From Rebecca billardiae RCC1528 (taxonomy: Eukaryota > Protista > Haptophyta), in NCBI GenBank assembly GCA_965240325.2, contig OZ251239.1, positions 186,001 to 250,000 of the forward strand: DNA of 64,000 bases, in the 5' to 3' direction. Shown in pieces: positions 54,751-64,000 of the stretch (its first letter is position 1; the number at the start of each line of letters is the position of its first letter). A program made the position numbers and the translations under genes. The notes under the pieces are model-generated. The model made no database searches, was not told the DNA's origin, and was given only the letters and a program-made list of their open reading frames with translations.

Positions 54751-55425
54751 ATGGAGGGCGTGCAACTCGACGGCGACGGGAGCACCAAGCAGCTCGTGCC
54801 GCGCAGCCGCCCACGGTTGCGTGCGTCGCTCGCCATGGGCGTCCTCGTCATCGCACTCCTCGGCGTGCTCATCGCGCTTGTGCTCGCCCTTCGCAAACCT
54901 CCTGCGCCGGGCGATTTGGTCGCAACACAGGAGCTGATCGAGATCGTGGGCAGGAGAGCGAGCATGATGCGCGGCGTCGCCGCCTCGAAGTTCTCGAGCG
55001 GCCATGGCTGCGTCTTCGATGCCCAGAGAGAGCTTGCCGTGCTCGAGGCAGCCGCCGACGCGGCCAAGAAGCATGGCATCCGCGAGGCATCAGCGCTCGT
55101 TTTTGCGCAGATCCAGATGGACTGCTCCAAGCAGATCGAGCAGTTCTGGCTGGATGAGTGGACGGCTAGCGCCACTGACGAAGCTGCCGACAGCAGCTCG
55201 CCGACGCTCGAGCAGATTCGAGAAGCGCTCGGGGAGCTCACCGAGGCCCTCTTCGCCGCATGGAGGGCAGCTGTGGCCGAGTGGCGCCCGTGGCGGCGCG
55301 GCGTGCTCGACTCGCACGTCGAGCAGCTCCTTGCCGAGCACTTCACGCACGCCGCTCGCGGGCCGTGCGGTGGCGACCGCTTCAGGGGGATGCTTGCCGC
55401 CGCCTTGCTCAGCGCGGGCGAATGA
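54751..55425 (+). CDS. AroQ-gamma-type (exported-class) chorismate mutase with N-terminal membrane anchor
   Basis: R-x10-K (RASMMRGVAASK), DAQRE, QMDCSKQIE..W...W and LEQIR match the AroQ-gamma active-site pattern. TM segment GVLVIALLGVLIALVLAL. Confidence 0.8.
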   Translation: MEGVQLDGDGSTKQLVPRSRPRLRASLAMGVLVIALLGVLIALVLALRKPPAPGDLVATQELIEIVGRRASMMRGVAASKFSSGHGCVFDAQRELAVLEAAADAAKKHGIREASALVFAQIQMDCSKQIEQFWLDEWTASATDEAADSSSPTLEQIREALGELTEALFAAWRAAVAEWRPWRRGVLDSHVEQLLAEHFTHAARGPCGGDRFRGMLAAALLSAGE

Positions 55426-55627
55426 CGCCGGCTCGCGCGGCGCGGACCCGCCAGGTGCCAGCCTCGTCGTATGAGGCGCTGCAGAGCACTCTCGGTATCG
55501 GGCCCGTGCGGCCGGCGTCAGGCGAGTCTGGCAGCTGGGCCCGGCTGCCGGCAGGCCGGCACGGCGCGGCCCGAACGTGCGTGACAATATTATATATATA
55601 TATGATACGTACTATATATATATATCT

Positions 55628-55628
<1 letters not shown>

Positions 55629-55659
<31 letters not shown>
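55629..55659. repeat. (GATA)n microsatellite
   Basis: Tetranucleotide run next to a TA tract. Confidence 0.9.
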
Positions 55660-56002
55660 CGTCAAGTAGTAGTCGGCCACTACTAGTCCGCCACTTGGTC
55701 TTGAGGGTTGAGCCAGCGCGCTGACGACGTGGAGTAGTTCCGCCAGGTCTGTTCACGCCAGTGACCGGAGTTGACACGCGTAGGCGGTACGGCGGCTCGG
55801 AGTGAGTGAGCCGGCTGACGACGGTCGACGCGGCTGACGTCGTCGTCTCCTGCCTCCTGGGCGAACTTGGTCGTCTTGTCCGAGACGCCGACAGACCGGC
55901 GGCGCGGGCGATGGCTCAAGCGTGAATAAGCTGTTGGCACGTAGCCATCATGACTCCCAGCGGGCACCGCCCGATGATTGCCGCGTTGCATCGCGCGGCG
56001 CG

Positions 56003-57055
56003 CTATCGTGCAGGCACCATTGCAGTGAAGATCGACCCCGGCCGGTGCCCCGGCGGGATGACGACGCTCACGACTCGCCCGCTCGGCGCCTGCACCTGCA
56101 GCACCTGCCCTGGCACCCCGCCCGCCGGCACCTCGACGTCCACGGTCGCCATCGACCTGGGCGCCTCGCGCCCCACGCCGGCGAGCGCGAGCGCGTTGCG
56201 CGCGAGCGCGCCGAGACCAGCTGGGGCATTGGGCTCATCTGGCGCGATGGACGCGGACGCGGTTTGCACGATCGGCGGCTCGGCATTCAGTGTGCCGCTC
56301 GGTGTCACCGATCCAGAGGGCTGTGATGTGAACGGGGCCGGCGGTGCGCTGGGCGTCGGAGCGGCACCGTGGCGCGCCTCGGCGCTCGTCTGGGCGGGGG
56401 CGGATGCCGGCGGCACGGCGATGTGGATGCGCGTGCCCGGGCGAGCGTTGTCAGGCACGGTGATGGCGAGCTGCCTGCCGTCCGGCACGGCGATGATGAG
56501 CTGGCCGCCTGCTGCGGCGCCGCGCGGCACGACCAGCTCCACGAGCTCGTGGCCAGCCGGTGCGACGGGCGGCGGCGGCGGCACAGGTCGCATCGCAGCC
56601 CCCGCGACGGTGCTCTCGACTCGGAAGCCGTTTTGACTCGCGTCCCAGCGGATGGACACGCCGTACTGGCTCTCATAGCTCGGGCTGAGCTCATTGGCCA
56701 GAGCGGCGCAGCGATGCGGGTGCAAGCGCTTGTCAGCCCGCCGCACCATCACGGCCCAGATCACGGCCTCGACGATGAGGAAGGGCAGGATCAGCGGAGC
56801 GTACACGATGCTCATCACGACGATGATCAGGACGCCAAAGCATGCCGCAAGCAGGTTGGCGCGCATCATGTAGTTGGCCAACGCCTGATTCCCGTGCTGG
56901 CCTTGGATCGTGCCCAGCAGCTCAGCCCAAGCGGGCTGTGGGAGCCGGCTGCGCAGCTCTGATGGGACCGGGCCGCCCTGCTTGTGGCTCCAGGAGTGCT
57001 TGCCCATGTGGGGAGGGCACGGGTACATGGCTTTCGAGCGGATGAGGACGACCAT
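56003..57055 (-). CDS. Membrane protein with an Erf4/GOLGA7-like N-terminal region and two VxVPxGxxxG beta-repeat domains
   Basis: PSELRSRLP...W, a hydrophobic hairpin and LxxxYxxxGVxxxW; repeats VVPRGAAAGGQLIIAVPDGR and VPAGGVPGQVLQVQAPSGR. Confidence 0.6.
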   Translation of the reverse strand: MVVLIRSKAMYPCPPHMGKHSWSHKQGGPVPSELRSRLPQPAWAELLGTIQGQHGNQALANYMMRANLLAACFGVLIIVVMSIVYAPLILPFLIVEAVIWAVMVRRADKRLHPHRCAALANELSPSYESQYGVSIRWDASQNGFRVESTVAGAAMRPVPPPPPVAPAGHELVELVVPRGAAAGGQLIIAVPDGRQLAITVPDNARPGTRIHIAVPPASAPAQTSAEARHGAAPTPSAPPAPFTSQPSGSVTPSGTLNAEPPIVQTASASIAPDEPNAPAGLGALARNALALAGVGREAPRSMATVDVEVPAGGVPGQVLQVQAPSGRVVSVVIPPGHRPGSIFTAMVPAR

Positions 57056-57403
57056 CTTTGATCTTTCCCTCCCGCGGCGGCGGCGGCGGTGGCCATCAAC
57101 GCGCGGCTGGTTTCGTCAGGGCTTCGGCGCTTTTATTCGCCTCCTTCAGATTCTGAGACGACGTCGCGCAACGGTGACAAAATAATGCACAATTCAAAAT
57201 CGCGCGCTTAGCCGCTAAAAGCAGGACGATGAATGTAGAATGTATCGTCGTGTACGATGGCGGCCGTGGCCCGCCGGGCGTCACGCCACTCGAGAGTGGT
57301 GCGATGGCGTGCGCCCGGCTTTGCGGAAGTGTGGGATGGGCCCGCGGCGTCGTTCGCGGTGTTGCATCGAGCTCGAGCAGCGCTCGCCATGGCTGCAGCA
57401 CGC

Positions 57404-60400
57404 TCACTGCGTCTTCTTCTTCTTCTTGCCCGACGACGCCTCCGACGCCGCGCGGCGCACCTCGAGCTCCTTGGCGTTGCGCATGCGCCCGACGCACTTG
57501 AGCAGCTCGTCGACGACGATGACGGGCACCGAGAAGGCGAGCACGAGCATCCAGTCGTTGAAGGTGAGCGGCACGATCGAGAAGATCGACGCGAGGAACG
57601 GCACGTACAAGATGACAAAGTGCAGGCCGAACGAGACGGCCATCGCGACCAGCAGCCACGGGTTGCACCACGGCGGCATCTGCAGCAGCGACGAGTCCTC
57701 CGAGAGCGCGTTGAGCGCGTTGAGCATCTCGATGGTCACGAGCACCGAGAGCGAGAGCGTGCTCGCCTTCGTCTTGCCCGTGGTGAAGTACGTGCACGGC
57801 TTCGCCGAGAGGTCGACGCCGCCAAAGCTGGCGGGCTTAAAGTCGGTCCACGCCGGGCACTGGCCCCAGTGCGAGAGCTGGTCAAACGTGATGAGCGTGT
57901 GGCCTGTGTGCGCGCACAGGCGCACAGGCGCACAGGCGCACAGGCAGAGGCGGAGGGCGGCAGGGCGGCGGCGGGGCGGGGCGGGTGATGAGCCGGCTCG
58001 CGAGCATGGGCGCACGCCGCGCGCGCGGCGCCCGCCCGCCTCGCTCCGCCTCGCTCCGCCGCGCCACACCGTCCTCCGCCCAGTCGTAGTACAGGTACCA
58101 GTACACAAAGATACCCACAGTGGCAAAGCCGACATAGGCGCCGACCACCATGTAGCTGCGGGGGCGAGCCGCGCGCGGCGCGGCGCGGGGCGGGATGGGG
58201 CCGGGCGGCGGGGCGCGGAGGGAGGCGCGGTGGTGAGTGCGTGGCACACCGCGCGGAGGCACGGGCCGGCAGCGTGCGCCGGTGGCAAGCGCGCCGCAGG
58301 CACAGTCACGGGCGCAAGCTGCGGTGGCGGCGGCGGCGGGCGGCGGTGTGCTTCCTCCCCAGTTGCAGCGGCGCAGCTGCCCCGCCAGAGCCCGCGCGCC
58401 CGCCTCTCGCGCGGCGGCGTGCGTCGCAGCCGCGGGCAGCGGGTGCACGGCGCTCGTCGCGCGGCGCACCGGAAGAACACCCACGGGGTGATCAGCTGGT
58501 CGTCCTTGCTGCGCGGCGGCCTGCGCATGATGTCCGGGTCGGCCGGGTTGAAGCCGAGCGCGGTCGCGGGCGGGCCGTCCGTGACGAGGTTCACCCACAG
58601 CAGCTGCACCGGAATCATGCCCTCGGGGATGCCGAGCAGCGCCTGCGGGGCCGGGCGCGGGGCGCGGTGGGCGGGCAGGCGGGCGCGCGGCGCGCGAGCG
58701 GGGCGACACCGGTCAGCGGCCGTGGCGCGCAGACGGGCACCAGGGCGGCACACGGCACAGCACGGCGCGGCGCGGCCAGCGCCGCGCGCGCCAAGCGCCC
58801 GCGCCCCGCCCGCGCCCCCTCTGGCCCGCGGGCGAGGCTGCGCGAGCCCTTCGCACCCCCGAGCATACGCCCGTGCGCCAAGCGAGCGGCAGCCCGCACG
58901 CCCGCCGCGCGCCGCCCCGGCTGGCAACCCCGCCCCGCTCGCCCCGGACCCCGCCGCGGCCGCCGGCCACGCGCCGATCGGCGGTGCACACGCCGCGCGC
59001 GCGGTGTGTGCGCGCGCTGCCGCGCACGCGCAGGTCGCAGGTCGCAGCTCGCAGCTCGCACCGTGATGAAGATGGAGGCCACCTCGCCAATGTTTGAAGA
59101 GATCAGGTAGCGGATGAACGCCTTCATGTTCGAGTAGATCGAGCGGCCCTCCTCGACGGCGGCGACGATCGTGGCGAAGTTGTCGTCGGCCAGGATCATG
59201 TCCGCCGCCTCCTTCGCCACCTCGGTGCCCGAGATGCCCATGGCAATCCCAATGGCCGCCTGCTTCAGCGCGGGCGCGTCGTTGACGCCGTCTCCCGTCA
59301 TCGCCGGCACCTCACCCTCATTCCGCAGCATCCGCACGAGCTCTTGCTTGTCGCGCGGCTCGGTGCGCGAGAAGACGCGCGAGCCGCCGCCCTGCATCAG
59401 CAGCCGGCGCCGCTCCTCCAGCGGCAGCGAGAAGAAGTGCGCCCCGGTGAACGACTTGTCGGTGACGTCCTCGTCGTGGTCGAAGATGCCAATCTCGCGC
59501 GCGATCGCCTCGGCCGTGTCCTTCGTGTCACCGGTGATCATCATCACGCGCACGCCGGCGAGGCCGCACAAGGTGATGGCGGGGGCGACCTCGACGCGCG
59601 CGGGGTCCTTGATCCCGACGAGGCCGAGCAGCGTCATCCCCACCTCCACGCCCGCGAACTTGGTCGGGTCGCTCAGCTCGGCGTGCATCGGGTGCTTGGC
59701 CCCCTTCTCCAGCGAGTAGTCTGCCAGAGGCCCCAGCTCCTCCTTGCACGCGACGGCGAGGACGCGCAGTGGGCGGCGCGCCATCTCGTTGAACTTGTCG
59801 AGGACGCGCTCGCGCGCCGCGGCGGAGAGCGGCACGTCCGAGCCGTCCGCGAGGCGCAGGTACGAGCAGCGCGCGATCACCGACTCGGGCGCGCCCTTGC
59901 ACAGCAGCCGGTTGGCGCTGCCCACCGGCTTGCCGCTCGTCGGCAGCGCGGCCGCCGCCTTGGCGTCGGCGGGCGAGACGATCACGCCCATCGACTTGCG
60001 GTCGCGCGAGAACTCGAGCAGCGCCTCCTGGTGGTACGCAGCGCCCCACGCGTCGGCGCACGCCGACGCCTTCTCCGAGCCGCTCGTGGGCGGCGGCACC
60101 GTCGGCAGGCCCAGCTTCTCGACCAGCACGCGCAGCGCCGCCTCAGTCGGCTCACCCACGCGCTCGTACTTGTCCGCGCCCGCGTTGTACACGATCTTGG
60201 ACTCGTTGCAGAGCGCGCAGGCCTGCGAGAGCGCGAGGAGGCCGCGCTGGTCGCCCTTCAGCCGCTCGAGCCCGACCACCCGACCCTCCGGCCGGTACGA
60301 CACGCCCTCCACCTCGTGCTCGCGCAGCTCGGCGTCCGAGTCGCCGACGTGCACGAGCGCGACCGCCGTCATCTGGTTGGTGGTCAGCGTGCCCGTCTTG

Positions 60401-61452
60401 TCGGAGCAGATGACGGTGGTGCAGCCGAGGGTCTCGACCGAGGGCAGCTTGCGCACGATCGCGTTCTTCTGCACCATCTTGCGCGTGCCGAGCGAGAGGC
60501 ACAGCGTGATCACCGCCGGCAGCCCCTCGGGGATGGCCGCGACGCCGAGCGCGACCGCAATCTTCATGTAGTAGATGCATCCCTTCAGCACGCCGCCGTG
60601 CACCGGGTCGAAGAACTGGCGGAAGTTCATCACCCACACGAGGAGGCAGATGACGGTGATCACCTTCGTGAGCATCTCGCCGAACGCGTCGAGCTTCTGC
60701 CCGAGCGGCGTCTTCTCCTCCTCCTCCGCCGCCGTCTGCACGTCCGCTTGGATCTTGCCGATCTCAGTAGACATCCCGGTCGCGGTGACGAGCGCGATGA
60801 ACGTGCCGTTGGAGACGGTGGTGCTGGAGAAGACCATGTTGATCTTGGCCTGGATCCGCGCGTCTGCCTGCACCGGCTCGGTCACCTTCTGCACCGTCAC
60901 CGACTCGCCCGTGAGCGAGCCCTCGTCGACGCGCGTCGTCGTCGTCTTCAGCTTGAGCACGCGGCAGTCCGCCGGCACCTTGTCGCCAACGCGCACGTGC
61001 ACGATGTCGCCGGGCACGAGCTCGGTGGCGGGCAGCGCGGGGATCAGCGCGCCGTTGCGCACGACCGTCGCCGTCGCCGACTGCAGCTCCTTCAGCGCCT
61101 CGAGCGCCGACTCGGCGTTCGACTCCTGCCAGACGCCCACGACCGCGTTGATCACCAGGATGAGCAGGATGACGAAGGGCTCGACGAAGGCGGTGATGCC
61201 TTCCTCCTCCTCGAAGAAGGCGAGCACGAACGACACCATCGCCGCGCCGAGCAGGATCTTCACCAGCAGGTCGTCGAACTGCGCGAGCACGAGCTTCCAC
61301 AGCGGCGTCGGGTCCTCCTTTGCGAGCTCGTTCACGCCGTGCAGCTTGCGCTGCTCGGCGACCTGCGCGTCGCTGAGCCCCTTCTCCATGGTGACGCCAT
61401 ACGCCGCCAGGCAGTCCGCCACAGAGGCGGCGTGCGGGTTGGTCGTCGCCAT
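57404..61452 (-). CDS. SERCA-type (P2A) Ca2+-transporting ATPase; exons 61452-59062, 58642-58470, 58155-58070, 57903-57404
   Basis: TGES, AIPEGLP, CSDKTGTLT, KGAPE, TGDGVND, SSNIGE, WVNLVTDG and EMLNALN. GT-AG introns 59061-58643, 58469-58156 and 58069-57904. Confidence 0.97.
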
Positions 61453-61937
61453 CCTCAACACCGAGCGGCGCGCGCGCCGCTGTCCGTGCAAGCGGGCGGT
61501 GGCGAACAAGCTCGCAGCGGTGAAGACGACGCCACAGATTCTGTGTCCGGGGAGGCGCGAGTTCGATACGTGGCAGCCGCGGGCGTCTCGACCGAGGAGC
61601 CACGCGGGCAGACGTCTGCGGCGGGCGAGCTCGGGCCGGCTCCCGGCGCCCGCGGCGAGCGAAAGCCGCGAGCATGAAGTCCTTGGGCAGTCGGGCTCCC
61701 GGGCTGTCCTCTTCCAGATTCAGGCGAAGACAGTCCGGGCGGTTGCGCTTGCTGCTACTGATCAATGACACCTGCGAGCGCGCCACAGACACAGTCTGAT
61801 GGGCTTCTCAATCTCGTGTCTCATTCTCGCGCACTCTCACTCTGACTCTGCTACTATGAACTACTCACGCAGCTGGCAGCGCTCGTCGCGTGCGAGCTTC
61901 CGGGTCATCATCGAGCCCGCGGGCTCTGTGAACCGTG

Positions 61938-62389
61938 TCATCCTGTGACGACCTTTGCGCGCTCCACCTTTGCCGCCTGCGCCAGCAGCGAGGCCGACTT
62001 GCTCGCGGCCGAGAGGCGCTGCCGGCGGATGCCGGGGCTGCCGGCGCTGCCGCGGCTGCTCGTCGCGCGCGACGTGGGGCTGGCGCGCGGGCCCTGCACC
62101 TCCGTCACAGCCTTCACCGCGGTGATGAGCTTCGGCAGGTACTCGCGCACCGCCTCGTTCACGCGCGACACCGTCGCGAGCTCGAACGCCTGCACGATCG
62201 ACCCCTCGATGTGCGCGAGCGCCGCCTGCGAGTACATGACGGCAAAAGTGTCGACCGACGCAATCAGCGCGCCGTAGTCAGGCCCTGCGGGGACGGGCGT
62301 GATCTCGCGCGAGGAGCGGCTGAGCTTGGAGGAGATGCGGGGGCGCAAGAGCGCCGGCGTGCCGGAGGCGAAGCGCGCGCGGTTGATCC

Positions 62390-62420
<31 letters not shown>

Positions 62421-64000
62421 CGAGCCGTTGGATGCCTCGCTCACGCGGCGCGAGCGCAGCGGCGCCGAGCCAATCGGCACGACGACCACGTCGTCGAGCG
62501 AGCCGCCGAGGGCGCGCCAGACGACGAGCTCGAGCACGCACCACAGCCGCTCGACGAGGGTGGGACCCCAGAGCACGAGGAGCTGCCGGCACCGGCCGAG
62601 CCGGACGGGCACGTGCGCGAGCTCCTCCGCCGGCCGCAGCGCCGGGCTGGCGCACAGCGCGTCCACCCACACGACCGGCGCGCGGCCGTGCTCGGCCGTG
62701 AACGCGGCCGCGCGCGCGCGCAGCGCGTCGAGCTTCTGCGCGGGGTCGTCGCCCCACGAGTGCACGACGTAGTAGTCCGCGCTGGGCAGGCCGTCGTGGC
62801 TGGAGAGCTCGACCTCGGCGCGCGCGAGCTGCACCGCCGCGAGCCCGTCGCCGGCGGCGGCGCGCGCGCGCAGCTGCTCGAGCAGCTGCAGCGCGCGCTC
62901 GCGCTCCTGCACCGCCGCCGCGCTCGCGCCGCCGCCGATCGAGTCTTCGCTCACGTCCTTGGAGAGGCCGGGCGGGCCTCGGGCGCGGAGCATCTGGCGC
63001 CAGCGGCCGCCCTCGACGCCGCCGGAGCACGAGCCGTCGCCCTCGCTGCCGCCCGCGCCGCCGAAGCGGCTGCTGCCGCACGCCGGCGAGGAGGAGGAGA
63101 GGGCGCCGCCGAAGCGCTGCGCGCACGCGGGCGAGGGCGCGCCGCCGCTGCCGCAGCCGACGCCCGGCGCGACCGCGCCCGTGGCGATGCCGCCGAGGCT
63201 GCCGGCCGAGCCGCGCCTCGAGCTGGACCGGGACGTGCGCTGCGCGCCCGCCGCCGGCGATGCGGGCGCACCCTCGCGCCGCACCGAGTCTCGCGACGAG
63301 GACGAGCCGCGCGCCACCACCACGACGCCTTGCAGCTCGCTAATGGCCGCCGGGTGGCCGGGCGCGCGCCTGGCAAAGTTGAGCGCGGACGAGGCGAGCA
63401 CGGCCGCGTCGAGGCGCACCGGGCGCATGCACGCCAGCGCGAGCCCGACCAGCGCCTCCGGGTCGTTGTCGATCGCCTCCTTCGCCGGCGCGCCGAACCC
63501 GAGGATCGGCGCGAGGAACGCCGGACCGATCGAGAAAAGTCCGGACTGCGGCGCCACCGCCTTGGTCAGCCACTCCTGCAGGTGGCGGCGGCATGGCGGC
63601 CAGTGGAGCAGCCCGGCGACGAGCACGCCGACGAGCGGGTCGGCGAAGGCCAGCGCGCGGGCGGGCGGCGCGTCGGCCGCGTAGTACCCGAGCGCGTCCC
63701 GCGCGATCGTGAACCCGAGCGAGAGCAGCGAGTGCGCGCCCAGCCAGCTCCCGACCGAGGAGACCAGGCCGTGGTACAGCCGCCGATTATGCGAGCGGTG
63801 CTGCCGCACGAGCGCGTGGATGCGCGCGGCGGCGATGGTGAAGGAGAAGGCGAAGAGGAGCGAGGACACCGCCTGCAGCACCAGCGCGCCGTCGCCCGCG
63901 AGCCGCGCCGCGTGCGCGCGCCCGAGCTCCAGCGTCGCCGCGAGGAACAGCAGCTGCGCGGCGGCGAGCACTCCAAACACCGCGCGGCCGATCACCGAGA
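61938..64000 (-). CDS. Multi-pass membrane protein with a C-terminal TIR-like domain (5'-partial)
   Basis: At least four hydrophobic segments, then YYVVHSWGDD...K...F....GR.P.VWVD.LC...PV.L..C..LLVL.GPT...RLWCVLEL. Confidence 0.75.

Overview
Eukaryotic, very GC-rich genomic DNA with short GT-AG introns that are rich in (CG)n and mostly start GTGCG. The style suggests a haptophyte alga such as Pavlovales, but this is inference only. The window alternates between GC-rich genes and AT-richer islands containing (TA)n microsatellites and many non-autonomous inverted-repeat transposon relics, including three copies of one ~1.3-1.5 kb element and a young 269-bp MITE with a 7-bp TSD. Genes: a four-domain thiamine-pathway fusion (TenA-HAD-ThiD-ThiE), a cyclic-nucleotide-binding ion channel with an atypical pore, and an F-box/RCC1 protein. 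There is a loose group of apparently intronless secretory-pathway glycan-modifying genes (frameshifted FkbM-type methyltransferase, GT31-type fusion, two sulfotransferases, GT61, internally duplicated Fringe/GT31-type) and a GNAT acetyltransferase. Also present are two TIR/HET-like domain proteins (one with TPRs, one multi-TM), an actin-related protein, PP2C, a membrane-anchored AroQ-gamma-type chorismate mutase and a SERCA Ca2+-ATPase. All family calls come from reading motifs by eye; no searches were run.
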